A stretch of 63,915 bases of DNA, counting the filler, from Octopus bimaculoides (taxonomy: Eukaryota), in NCBI RefSeq assembly GCF_001194135.2. It is 7 parts of 7 records of this genome, joined end to end, with 100 filler letters (N's around TTAATTAATTAA, not from the genome) between each part and the next. Parts side by side here need not be neighbours in the genome. Positions count along the whole stretch, not along the records: positions 38,950 to 57,403 come from NC_068984.1; 6 more parts are not named here. One strand, given 5' to 3'. The first letter of the stretch is position 1, and each line of letters opens with the position of its first letter. Position numbers and translations under genes: made by a program. Below are positions 39,477 to 50,993 of this stretch, piece by piece. The notes under the pieces are model-generated. The model ran no database searches. It had not been told where the DNA came from and saw only the letters and a list, made by a program, of their open reading frames with translations.

Positions 39477-39986
39477 CATGGAAAAATGCGAGCATGAAAA
39501 GTAATATTCTTAAGATTATAAACCTGGAAAAGTACAGGACAAGTTATTACACCTGTAAAAGTATAGGACAAGCTATTACTTCTGGTAAAGTAAAGAATAA
39601 GAAACTTTTTGTTTCAAATATTTCAGCTTAAATTAAAATTTAAATATTAAAACTTATTTTATTATAGCTTACAAATAGCACTTATACTTATTTAAGTAGA
39701 ATTTGGCTAATTTACTACCTTAAGTACAGAAAAAAGTGACTAATTAGACAAACTTAAAAATTAGCTGAACAGTTTTGTACAATAAATTTAAAAGATGAGA
39801 ACTGTAAAGAGTGATAAATTAGAACTGGTATTCTTTGCTGCAATATTTTAAGCAAAAAGTGTCTTATTCTTTACTTAACTAGAAGCAATAGCTTGTCCAA
39901 TACTTTTACAGGTCTAATAACTTGTTCTGTACTTTTCCGGATTCATAATCTTAAGAATATTCTTTTCGTGCTCGCATTTTTCCATG
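39477..39986. mobile_element. Foldback/MITE-like element with about 150-bp terminal inverted repeats
   Basis: Arm 39477-39627 versus reverse complement of 39837-39986: 15 differences in 151 nt by hand alignment; about 29-bp subrepeats within the arms. Confidence 0.85.
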
Positions 39987-40361
39987 AAATATAATTATGT
40001 AGGTCGTTTGGGTGAATCCTAGTTGTTTCCTCTTGAAGCACATTTGCTTATTCCATTAATACAACCCAATATGTAGTCTCAGTTGCTGCTAAATGTTAGC
40101 CAAAATACATGTTAAAATTGAGAATTACAAAAATATTATTTTGAGAGTTATTGTGTAACAAAACATGAAATTAGAAATTTTGGTATTATTTATTCACCAT
40201 TATGCATGTTTCATTTGCTGATAGGAATTACGAAGTTTTGCATATTAGATTGACATGTAAGGAATTTCCTATTAGAAATTCTTCAGACAGAGAAATTAAA
40301 TACTACAAATAATAGAATTTTACATTATTATGTACAAATTCATTTTGTTTTTCTATTACAG

Positions 40362-40589
40362 CAAAACGAAATAAAAAATTGAAAAGTTTCCACTGCCAAA
40401 CACATCCTATTTATCTACCAGAATCTGGGAAAGGAAGTATTGAGGTTATTTTCTTGCCATTCTTCATGGGAACTGCCCATTGCAATGTCATATTGAGTAA
40501 TTCAGTAATCGGTGATTTTATCTATGAAATTAAAGCTCTGTCCAAAACACCTTTGGCTACTCCACTGAAAAATTTCATTCCAGATAGAG
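40362..40589 (+). CDS. CFAP47: CFAP47 internal exon (228 nt, phase 1-1)
   Basis: TTACAG acceptor, G|GTAAGA donor. KRNKKLKSFHCQTHPIYLPESGKGSIEVIFLPFFMGTAHCNVILSNSVIGDFIYEIKALSKTPLATP resembles recalled human CFAP47 LELRFLPFNMHVRYCVIILSNKKIGQLIY. Confidence 0.85.
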
Positions 40590-40625
40590 GTAAGAAGACA
40601 AATGAATCTGTGTTTGTGTGTTGGG

Positions 40626-40671
<46 letters not shown>

Positions 40672-40950
40672 NNNNNNNNNNNNNNNNNNNNNNNNNNNNN
40701 NNNNNNNNNNNNNNNNNNNNNNNNNNNNNNNNNNNNNNNNNNNNNNNNNNNNNNNNNNNNNNNNNNNNNNNNNNNNNNNNNNNNNNNNNNNNNNNNNNNN
40801 NNNNNNNNNNNNNNNNNNNNNNNNNNNNNNNNNNNNNNNNNNNNNNNNNNNNNNNNNNNNNNNNNNNNNNNNNNNNNNNNNNNNNNNNNNNNNNNNNNNN
40901 NNNNNNNNNNNNNNNNNNNNNNNNNNNNNNNNNNNNNNNNNNNNNNNNNN

Positions 40951-41296
40951 CACATAATACACCATTTCAAGCGTGGCCTTTGCCAGTAAGACATCCGAGC
41001 GAGATCGTTGCCAGTGCCGATGGACTGGCTCCTGTGCAGGTGGCACGTAAAACACACCATTTTGAGCATGGCCGTTGCCAGTACCCACCTGACTGGCCCT
41101 CATGCCTGTGGCACGTAAAAGCACCCACTACACTCTCAGAGTGATTGGCGTTAGGAAGGGCATCCAGCTGTAGAAACTCTGCCAAATCAGATTGGAGCCT
41201 GGCGTCGCCTTCTGGTCCACCAGTCCTCAGTCAAATCATCCAACCCATGCTAGCATGGAAAGCGGACATTAAACAACAATGATGATGATGATGATG
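40951..41296 (+). mobile_element. RTE LINE 3' end
   Basis: 66-bp-type UTR units, then GGCGTTAGGAAGGGCATCCAGCTGTAGAAACTCTGCC...CCATGCTAGCATGGAAAGCGGAC and a (GAT)n tail. Confidence 0.85.
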
Positions 41297-41761
41297 TGAT
41301 CCAAGCACAGCTGCTTGAGTCTGAGTGAACTCTGCTAAATGTAACCTTGAGCCAAGTGATGATCTTTAACGTATCACACAGGTGAGGCTGCTGTGATTTC
41401 GGCGCGAAACGAATCAGTAGCGGCACAGATTTCGTGATGGAGGGGTTAACGATCACTTCCATGCTGATGCTTGCTGATGAAGCTAAGTCATATTAATGCC
41501 AATGCAGAAACTAGTCCGCGTAAATCCACATGTACGTAAGTCGATTGTCTTAACATATTTTGCCTTCGTTTTGATTTCTGTAATAATTTCCAGTGTACTT
41601 TTGGCGATTTAGTAACGAGTTTTGACTGTTATTTCAAGCAGGTAGACATACTTAGTATGTCTTTTGATTTATTATATATATATATATATATATATTTATA
41701 CTTGATTGTTAATGTTAGTCATCTGAAAATTTTTAGTCTGCCTTCTCTATTTACATCTATA

Positions 41762-41762
<1 letters not shown>

Positions 41763-41794
<32 letters not shown>

Positions 41795-42900
41795 TTAACT
41801 TTGTTTGTCCATGCTGGCATGGGTTGAACAGTTTGGCTGGAGCTGGCAAGCCTAAAAACTGACCTAGACTCCAGTCCGATTTGGCATGGTTTCTATGGCT
41901 GGATGCCCTTCCTTAACACCAACCACTTTACAGAGTGTAATGGGTGCTTTTGCATGGCACTATACAGGTGCTTTTACTTGATAACACATGGGTGCTTTTA
42001 TGTGGCATCACATGGGCCTTTTTACGTGGTATTACACAAGTGCTTTTATATGACACCAGTGTAGGACTCTTACAGGTCAATCCTCACTACCAAGGGGACT
42101 GGTCTTAACACTTCTGCTGTGGAATACAGGTCTTCTTGAGTACAGCAAGGCATCAGGCATCTTGGTCCTTTGTCATCTTACCTGAAAGGTTTAGCATTGT
42201 GAGGTCGTTCTTCAGTACTTCGTCCCATGTCTTCCTGGGTCTCCCACTTTCACCTATCCCATCTACTTTGAGAGATCAGCATTTATTTATAGAGTTGGCT
42301 TCCATCTGCATCACATGACTAAACTAATGCAGCTTTCTCTCTTGCACACAGCAACTAATTTCTCTTATACTTAATCTTTCTCTCAATACACTAGCACTCT
42401 GTTGAACATGTACACTTACATTACACATCCAATGAAGCATACTAGCCTCATTCTTCTCTAACCTTCACATGTCCTCTACATTCAGAGCCCACATCTTACT
42501 ACCATGTAGAATTGCTGTTCATTTACATGCATCATAAAATCTTCCTTTCACTTGGAGAAAGAAACCTTTCATAGACAACAGAACTAACCACTCACTAAAC
42601 TTCCTCCATCTTATTCTTATTCTAGCTATCACACTCTCTGTGCATCCTCTCCCACTACTAATTTGATTCCCTAGGTAGCCTAAATTATCTACTACCTTTA
42701 ATGAACCACCAGAACTTTTCAAAGAATCAATTTCCTGAGTCTCTATAGTTTTTATAGATCCTGCGCATCTTCTATATATGAACACTACCTTCTCTGATAA
42801 CCTTTCTATTGCTCTGCTACACCTCTTGTGTGTCCATCACATAAATTTCTTTTTCTGTTTATTTGAATCATTGTCTCCATATCTGCTCACTCAGATTCCC
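41763..42900 (-). mobile_element. Older RTE LINE 3' portion (RT C-terminus, 3'UTR, (GAT)n tail)
   Basis: Minus ORF 42519-42785 ...VVDNLGYLGNQISSGRGCTESVIARIRIRWRKFSEW...KGRFYDAC; GRPRKTWDEVLKNDL near 42190-42250; several stops and frameshifts. Confidence 0.85.
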
Positions 42901-43024
42901 CTTATAAGTACTCTTACCCTGTTGACTTGGTCCTCTGTAAAGATATCAGGGTGTAAGTTCAAATCATTTGAGCGCTACTAAGTGTTTTCTATACTGAGAT
43001 TCTCTCAATCTCATCTATTGATTC

Positions 43025-43082
<58 letters not shown>

Positions 43083-43269
43083 AATCGGTAAGAAGAGGCA
43101 GGATCCATGGAATGTCAAACTCCACTGACTATGTAAAATTTGTAACAGTAGTAAGGAAAACAAAATCTAATAATAGCTTCATACATATATAACATGCAAA
43201 ACATGACACAACAAATATCTTGCAATACAACATAACATTTATTTATTTATTATCTGTTTGTGGTTGCAG

Positions 43270-43436
43270 AGGAATCAAGTCCGTATTTTGGGAAGAGAAA
43301 GAAAAATGTCAGTACCAAAGAATATAAAACACTCGTATACTGGAAGTGTGAAGTGGAGGAGATTTTGCAGAAAGTCATCTGGATTCCATTAGTCAATTCA
43401 GCCAAAGAAAAAGCTTTGATTCAGTTAGCCAAAATG
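43270..43436 (+). CDS. CFAP47: CFAP47 internal exon (167 nt, phase 1-0)
   Basis: TTGCAG acceptor, ATG|GTATGT donor. (E)ESSPYFGKRKKNVSTKEYKTLVYWKCEVEEILQKVIWIPLVNSAKEKALIQLAKM; recalled human LPMTNEAKEKALAFAAQQQM. Confidence 0.9.
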
Positions 43437-43448
43437 GTATGTTTACAA

Positions 43449-43489
<41 letters not shown>

Positions 43490-43494
43490 TATAT

Positions 43495-43650
43495 ACATCA
43501 TCATCATCATCATCATTTGAAGTCCATTTTTCATGCTATTATGAGCTGGACAGTTTGACAGGAGTTTTCTAGGCAGAAGAGTGCACCAGGCCTCACTCTC
43601 TGTTTTGGCATCGTTTTTACGACTGGACACCCTTCATAATACCAATCACC
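43495..43650 (-). mobile_element. Degenerate RTE 3' tail
   Basis: (CAT)n TTGAAGTCCATTTTTCATGC...GACTGGACACCCTTCATAATACCAATCACC. Confidence 0.6.
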
Positions 43651-43834
43651 CTACAGATATATATATATATATAATTGGCAGCAGAAGTGGTGGTAACTGT
43701 CTGCTGCTGGTGATGTAAACAATGAAGTACTTGTACACACTACTGAACCATATGAGAGTTTCTCTTGTGATAAATTTCACATTATTATATGTTCTAACAC
43801 TTTTAAGTGGTGTTAAATTGTACGATATATATGG

Positions 43835-44050
43835 CGTAGCTGTGTGGTAAGAAGCTTGCTTCCCAACCATATGGTTTTAGGTTCAGTCCCACTACATGGC
43901 ATCTTGAGGAAGTGTCTTCTACTATGGCCCTATGGCCTCAGGCCAACCAAAGCCTTGTGAATGGATATGGTAGACAAACTGAAAGCAGTCTGTTGTATGT
44001 GTGTATGTATCATCTTCGTTTAACGTCCGCTTTCCATGCTAGCATGGGTT

Positions 44051-44055
<5 letters not shown>
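43835..44055. mobile_element. SINE B head (+) with a short RTE tail (-) inserted downstream
   Basis: GGCGTAGCTGTGTGGTAAGAAGCTTGCTTCCCAACC...; CATCTTCGTTTAACGTCCGCTTTCCATGCTAGCATGGGTTGGAC at about 44010-44054. Confidence 0.75.
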
Positions 44056-44104
<49 letters not shown>

Positions 44105-44700
44105 CAATAAGAAAATGGAGGGGAATATGAGGTACTCATCAACTTGCAGACACTGTATTCCATTGATTAATCTGTTTATTTTATAACTAAATTGACAAAA
44201 AACACAATATACAGACACTTATGACATACCACGTCATATCAACAATTAAGATTTCAAATTTAATGGACATCTAGCAATTGGAGAAGGTACAAGATAAGCA
44301 GTGCATGACCTTGCAGGTGGGACCCAGTTAGAATTTTTTTCAGGTTGAGTAGCTCATCCTGCTTAAAAGGTTTCAGAATAAAAGTTGTGAAATGATAATG
44401 AATGAAATACCCATGTTTCCAAAAGGGAATTATTCAAACCCCAAAGAATTGTTCTCAGCACAGGGCTATAATGCTTCCCCATGACTCCTGCACGTGATCA
44501 AATATGCATATATCATCAGTCACTAAGGGACATGATCAACTGGTTAATGTCAAGCAACTGACCAGAAAATCTGTGGTATTGAGCAGAATACTTGTTGTAG
44601 CCCATCTTTTACTCCAACACAAAACTTGTACATCATAACACTTCCAATCAGTTAAGATCAGGAGCCACGAGAGCCACTGCCTGGTACTGTACTAGAAAAT

Positions 44701-44734
<34 letters not shown>

Positions 44735-44765
44735 CCATCACCACCATCACCATCACCACCATCAC

Positions 44766-44805
<40 letters not shown>

Positions 44806-44841
44806 TAATTTTCATATCCTGTTGTAATTTCTTTAATTCAG

Positions 44842-44967
44842 CAAATGTCAGAATTGGAGTATTATCGTCGCACACTTACCAACACTCTGGAAAGCTCTTC
44901 TCGAGCTGCTGAAGCTTATGCTGCAATGACCAGTTTAACAGAGAATCTTCTCAGAAGTTGGCATAAA
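44842..44967 (+). CDS. CFAP47: CFAP47 internal exon (126 nt, phase 0-0)
   Basis: ATTCAG acceptor, AAA|GTAAGT donor. QMSELEYYRRTLTNTLESSSRAAEAYAAMTSLTENLLRSWHK; recalled human QMSSIEYERRLITGTLESSSIR. Confidence 0.92.
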
Positions 44968-45034
44968 GTAAGTATGGAATTTTAAATCATTCAATAATGA
45001 AGATACCATCCACAGCAACATTAAGTAAGGTTAA

Positions 45035-45291
45035 TCATCATCATCATCATCATCGTCGTTTAACGTCCGCTTTCCATGCTAGCATGGGTTGGACGATTTG
45101 ACTGAGGACTGGTGAAACCAGATGGCTACACCAGGCTCCAATCTGATTTGGCAGAGTTTCTACGGCTGGATGCCCTTCCTAACGCCAACCACTCAGAGAG
45201 TGTAGTGGGTGCTTTTACGTGTCACCCGCACGAAGGCCAGTCAGGCGGTACTGGCAACGGCCACGCTCAAGATGGTGTATTTTATGTGCCA
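45035..45291 (-). mobile_element. Young RTE 3'-end insertion
   Basis: (CAT)n CGTTTAACGTCCGCTTTCCATGCTAGCATGGG...; nearly identical to 53004-53224. Confidence 0.9.
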
Positions 45292-45900
45292 GTTCATGGA
45301 GCATAGAAATAAATAAGCTCTGTTGTAGAAAAAAAAAAGGAAAGTAAAAAAGGAGATTATTTTGACCTGCAGGCATATTCCCCTATTGTTGCTCATGAAA
45401 TTTAAATAAGACCCTTAGGATGAATGATAAATAACAATAGATGTCTAAGTGAAAGTATGATAAATGCTAAAACCATTAGCAATTATTTCTTCACTATTTG
45501 TTGATGTATGCAGTTGACATCATAGCTATGTTGGGTATGTAACTCTGCTTTTCTTTCATATATCAGATTCTACACACTCTAACTTGAGTGTATGTTGAGT
45601 GCATTGTGCTTTTGCACCACAAATACAATGTGTGTGTGGGGGGGCAGTTGTTCAAAGCTGATGTTTCCCTCCATCTTCCTTCAGTTTAGGAAGTATTAAA
45701 AAGCTGAATATAATTATGCTCTGAGATAAAAAGAAAAACAGACCAATATAAGTAAGTGATTTATATTATTTTGATTCATTACGCAAGTATGGAAGATAAT
45801 ACTAGATATGTTAACAGTCTTTTTAGTTCTTCTCAGAGAAGCATAGTCTTAAAAATACTGGCTGATGTAGTAATTGGAGAATTACTAAGTAATTACACAG

Positions 45901-45936
<36 letters not shown>

Positions 45937-46023
45937 CCACCACCACCACCATCATCATCATCATCCGCTGCATGGCTGAAACAAGTAAAAGAATAAAAGA
46001 AAAGAATATGTGCGCATGCGCGT

Positions 46024-46055
<32 letters not shown>

Positions 46056-46104
46056 CCACATACCTACCCACTATCACATTCCAGAGTAAAAACTACAATT
46101 AGTT

Positions 46105-47290
46105 GATAGCTTCCGTTACCTAGGTGACCAAGTCAGTAGCAGGGGTGGATGCTCTGAAAGTGTAGCTGCTAGAATAAGAATAGCCTGGGCAAAGTTTAGA
46201 GAGCTCCTACCTCTGCTGGTAACAAAGGGCCTTTCACTCAGAGTAAAAGGTAGACTGTATGACGCATGTGTGCGAACAGCCATGCTACATGGCAGTGAAA
46301 CATGGGCCGTGACTGCAGAGGACATGTGTAAACTTGCAAGGAATGAAGCCAGTATGCACCACTGGATGTGTAATATCAGTGTGCATACACGACAGAGTGT
46401 AAGCACTCTGAGGGAGAAGTTGAACTTAAGAAACATCAGATGCGCTGTGCAAGAGAGACGACTGTGCTGGTACGGTCTTGTGTTTCAAATGGATGAGAAC
46501 AGCTGTGTGAAAAAGTGTCACACCCTAGCAGTAGAGGGAACCTGTGGAAGAGGTAGACCCAGGAAGACCTGGGATGAGGTGGTGAAGCACGACCTTTGAA
46601 CATTGGGCCTCACTGAGGCAATGACAAGTGACCAAGACCTTTGGATATATGCTGTGCTTGAGAAGACCTAGCAAGCCAAGTGAGACCTTAAGTGTGGCCT
46701 ATGCTAGTGCAGCATAACCAGCCCATTTAAGAGAACCCTTCAATCATTGGGCAATAAACTGTGCTTGTGAAGACCTGTTGGGGCAAGTGAAATTGTTGTC
46801 TTGGCCGATGACAGTACTACCTGATTGGCACCCATGCCAGTGGCACGTTAAAAGCACCATTCGAGCGTGATTGTTGCCAGTGCCAGCTGACTGGCCCACA
46901 TGCTGGTGGCACATAAAAAGCACCATTTGAGTATGGTCAATGCCAGTGCTGGCTGACTGGTCCTGTACCAGTGGCATGTAAAAAGCATCATTTGAGTGAG
47001 GCCATTGCCAGTGCTGCCTGACTAGCTCCAGTGCCGATTGCAAGTAAAAAGTACTATTCAAGCGTGGTTGATGCCAGTACCGCCTGACTGGCCCTCATGT
47101 CAGTGGCATGTAAAAAGCACCCACTACACTCTCGGAGTGGTTGGCATTAGGAAGGGCATCCAGTTGTAGAAACTTTGCCAAATCAGACTGGAAACTGGTA
47201 CAGCCTTCTGGCTTGCCAGCCCCCAGTCAAACTGTCCAACCCATGCCAGCATGGAAAGCGGATGTTAAGTGACAGTGATGATGATGATGA
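46105..47290 (+). mobile_element. 5'-truncated RTE-clade LINE (RT C-terminal ORF 46105-46599, 3'UTR, (GAT)n tail)
   Basis: Open frame DSFRYLGDQVSSRGGCSESVAARIRIAWAKFRELLPLLVTKGLSLRVKGRLYDACVRTAMLHGSETW...GRGRPRKTWDEVVKHDL*. Confidence 0.93.
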
Positions 47291-47303
47291 TATAAATATA
47301 TTT

Positions 47304-47340
<37 letters not shown>

Positions 47341-47342
47341 GA

Positions 47343-47710
47343 TCATCATCATCATTATCATCATTTAACATCCGCTTTCCATGGTAGCAAGGGTTGGACG
47401 ATTTGACTGAGGACTGGTGAACCAGATGGCTGCACCAGACTCCAATATGCTGTACTTGAGAAATAGACCCATTAAGACAAGTGAAATCATACTCATGGCT
47501 GATACTGGTATCATATAACTGGTACCTGTGCTGGTGGTATATAAAAGCACCCATTACACTCTTGAAGTGGTTAGCATTAAGAAGGGCATCCAGCCATAAA
47601 AACCATGCCAAATCAGACTAGAGTATGGTGCAGCTCCTCAGCTTGCCAGCACTGGTCAAACCATATAACCCTTGCCTGCCTGGACAGCAAATGTTAAATG
47701 ATGATGATGG
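47343..47710. mobile_element. Two further RTE 3' tails (- at 47343-47445, + at about 47520-47710)
   Basis: CATTTAACATCCGCTTTCCATGG... and AAGCACCCATTACACTCTTGAAGTGGTTAGCATTAAGAAGGGCATCC...(GAT)n. Confidence 0.8.
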
Positions 47711-47864
47711 ATGGATGGATGTATATATGTACAAGATAATTGCAATAATTTTCAAATAATTTTTGTGAAGTTAGGCAAAATATACTTATAAAACAACACA
47801 CCAGAACAACCTTGTAAAAAGACTTTTACATTGAACTTGTGGAATCTTTCCCCGAAATATTACA

Positions 47865-48085
47865 GAAACCTTTTAGCATTTACACTGACCATATTTGGCC
47901 CAAGTATTCTACCTGTTTTTATGTTCAAACCAACCATTGCTGGCCTCTCACATTTATCCTACAATGTCATTCTATAAATAACCACATCATCAAAATCTTG
48001 GTGCAACAATCAATGCATGATTAATTCAAAACAATGGTAATAATTATTACATTTGTCAGAGTAATTAGTATGCTAACTGGTTAAA
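47865..48085. mobile_element. Degenerate copy of the piggyBac-like MITE seen at 52981
   Basis: CCTTTTAGCATTTACACTGACCATATTTGGCCCAAGTATTCTACCTGTTTTTATGTTCAAAC...AATGCATGATTAATTCAAAACAATG aligns with 52981-53422. Confidence 0.65.
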
Positions 48086-48134
48086 CAATTTCTCTTTGTA
48101 TTTAGTAATTGACTTGACATTATCTTACACATTT

Positions 48135-48570
48135 TAAGGTGGTGAGCTGGCAGAAACATCAGCACGCCGGGCGAAATGCTTAGCAGTATTTCGTCTCTGC
48201 CACTACATTCTGAGTTCAAATTCTGCCGAGGTCAACTTTGCCTTTCATCCTTTCAGGGTCGATTAAATAAGTACCAGTCATTCACTGGGGTCAGTATAGT
48301 CGACTTAATCCATTTGTGTCCTTGTTTGTCCCCTGTGTATAGCCCCTTGTGGGCTGTAAAGAAATAAGAAACATTAGCATGCCGAGTGAAATGCTTAGCG
48401 GTATTTTGTCTGTCTTTATGTTCTGAGTTCAAATTCCACTGAGGTCGATTTTGCCTTTCATCCTTTTGGGATCGATAAATTAAGTACCAGTTGCATACTG
48501 GTGGTCAATCTAATCAACTGGCCCCCTCCCCAAAAATTTCGGGTCTTGTGCCTAGAGTAGAAAAAAAAAA
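48135..48570 (+). mobile_element. Two tandem SINE family C copies
   Basis: TAAGGTGGTGAGCTGGCAGAAACATCAGCACGCCGGGCGAAATGCTTAGC... to about 48365; a second copy, missing its first bases, from about 48370 ending GTGCCTAGAGTAGAAAA. Confidence 0.85.
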
Positions 48571-48657
48571 AAATTATCTCACACATTTTGCCTAACATTT
48601 TAAAATATATGTTTGTTTTATTTTTTATGTTTGTTTCTTTATGTGCATTGTCTGTAG

Positions 48658-48691
48658 GAAAGGAAGACTTTGACATTCAATATCGAATACA
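48658..48691 (+). CDS. CFAP47: CFAP47 exon, 5' part only (continues into N gap 48692-49071)
   Basis: Pyrimidine-rich tract + TCTGTAG acceptor; phase 0 reads ERKTLTFNIEY, at the position where a phase 0-to-1 exon is required between 44967 and 50911. Confidence 0.6.
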
Positions 48692-49071
48692 NNNNNNNNN
48701 NNNNNNNNNNNNNNNNNNNNNNNNNNNNNNNNNNNNNNNNNNNNNNNNNNNNNNNNNNNNNNNNNNNNNNNNNNNNNNNNNNNNNNNNNNNNNNNNNNNN
48801 NNNNNNNNNNNNNNNNNNNNNNNNNNNNNNNNNNNNNNNNNNNNNNNNNNNNNNNNNNNNNNNNNNNNNNNNNNNNNNNNNNNNNNNNNNNNNNNNNNNN
48901 NNNNNNNNNNNNNNNNNNNNNNNNNNNNNNNNNNNNNNNNNNNNNNNNNNNNNNNNNNNNNNNNNNNNNNNNNNNNNNNNNNNNNNNNNNNNNNNNNNNN
49001 NNNNNNNNNNNNNNNNNNNNNNNNNNNNNNNNNNNNNNNNNNNNNNNNNNNNNNNNNNNNNNNNNNNNNNN

Positions 49072-49388
49072 TCGTGAAATTAATGTGCAAGTGGCTGAGC
49101 ACTCCACAGACACGTGTACCCTTAACGTAGTTCTCGGGGATATTCAGCGTGACAGTGTGACAAGGCTGACCCTTTGAATTACAGGCACAACAGAAACAGG
49201 AAGTAAGAGTGAGGGAAAGTTGTGGTGAAAGAGTACAGCAGGGTTCGCCACCATCCCCTGCCGGAGTCTCGTGGAGCTTTAGGTGTTTTCGTTCAATAAA
49301 CACTCACAACGCCCGGTCTGGGAATTGAAACCACAATCCTATGACCGCGTGTCCGCTGCCCTAACCACTGGGCCATTGCGCCTCCACA
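49072..49388 (-). mobile_element. SINE family A
   Basis: Head CGCCCGGTCTGGGAATTGAAACC...CTAACCACTGGGCCATTGCGCCTCCAC matches 857-935. Confidence 0.85.
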
Positions 49389-50009
49389 CATCTGATCATA
49401 GGCCTGCTTGATCAATACTGACATGAAGTTAACAATGTTACTGCCAGAATATGCATTATAAACACTATCGACATTTCGTCACCATCACCATCGTCATCGT
49501 CGTCATCATCATCTCCAGTACTGCCACCACTTCCATCTTCATTGTCATTATCATCATCATCATCAACATCATGATTTGTCCCCAAAATTCTGAGGTGTTC
49601 GTTTGTGGTGTTAGTATGTCAGATCATATATTTTGCAGTCTTACTTCAGACACTTTGTTGTGTCCTTTAATAAAACACATAGCTACAGATCACAAAGATA
49701 CGGGTTCAAATCTCACTAAAATCTCTTTCTTGTTTCCCTGCACAACATACATAACCACAGATCTCAAAGTCATAATTTTAACCCATAATTTCATTTTACA
49801 TCATAATCTCAACTCAAAGGTTGACTTTGCCTTTCATCCTTCTGGGGTTGATCAAACAAGCACCAGTTGAGCACTGGGGTCGATGTAATCAGCTTAGCCC
49901 CACCCCCTAAAATTGCTGGTCTCATGCCAAAATCTGAAACCTATGTAGCATCCTGAATTGATGCAATTTAGGCTTTACTTCCTGCCCAGTAATCTGTTGT
50001 CTTGTATTT

Positions 50010-50345
50010 GTGAAGGTGCATGGCTCAGTAGTTAAAGCATTGAGCTCACAATCATGAGGTGGTGAGTACAATTCCTGGACCAGACTGCATTCTTGAGCAA
50101 GACACTTAATTTCATGTTGCTCCAGTTCACTCAGCTGTAGAAATGAGTTGTGACATCATTGCTGCTGAGCTGTATCGGCCTTTACCTTTCTCTCAGATAA
50201 TATCCGTGGCATAGAGAGGAGTGGCTGGTATGCATGGGCAACTGCTGGTCTTCCACAAACAACCTTGCCCAGACTTGTGCCTCAGAGGGCAATTTTCTAA
50301 CAGCAATCTCATGGCCATTCATGACTGAAGGGAGGTTTTACCCTT
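50010..50345 (+). mobile_element. tRNA-derived SINE (family D)
   Basis: GTGAAGGTGCATGGCTCAGTAGTTAAAGCATTGAGCTCACAATCATGAGGTGGTGAGTACAATTCCTGG (A/B box-like) followed by CTTGAGCAAGACACTTAA. Confidence 0.6.
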
Positions 50346-50910
50346 TACACTGTGTTTGTTCCAGAAATCAATATTTGTCCCAAAAACCATTGCTAGATTG
50401 GCATGGCATACTACAAGAATGCCTGGTGGTATTCAGTTATGACCATTCTGAATTCTGAATTCAAAACCTATAGCAGCTCACTTTGTATTCCATCCTTTGG
50501 AAATCAATGAAATATATAATACAGTAATTCTGGCATTACTGAATGGATGCATTCTTGAAAGCTTTACCATAATTGCAAAATATCATAATGCAAAACAATT
50601 TTTTCTATTGACTTCCATGTTATAAACCAAGATGCATTTTTACCAAAAGCAAAGCAGCACCCCCAATAACTTGAATTTCCATAATGTGAAGACTGTGTAC
50701 CAAGAGCTCGATTTAGTCACACCCAAGAAATTTGTAGGCACTTTATCACTTTTAAAAACTTATCAACATTTATAGGTTCATATTTGATAGTACTTGTGAA
50801 AGAGAAAGTTTTGTATAGTTTTCTTGATATTTCTTTATTGACTCCTTACTTATTTTTTTCTGTCATTTATGTATATATTATTATTATTTCTGTTTTTTCC
50901 TTTCTGTCAG

Positions 50911-50993
50911 AGAACATACTTGGATTACGAAATGAACATTTCCGGGTACCAGTGACCTTTAGTGCTGATTCCAGTGGACATTTTGAATGTCAA
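50911..50993 (+). CDS. CFAP47: CFAP47 internal exon (83 nt, phase 1-0)
   Basis: TTTCTGTCAG acceptor, CAA|GTAAGA donor. NILGLRNEHFRVPVTFSADSSGHFECQ; recalled orthologue pattern VPVPLQF...GRYPCK. Confidence 0.85.
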
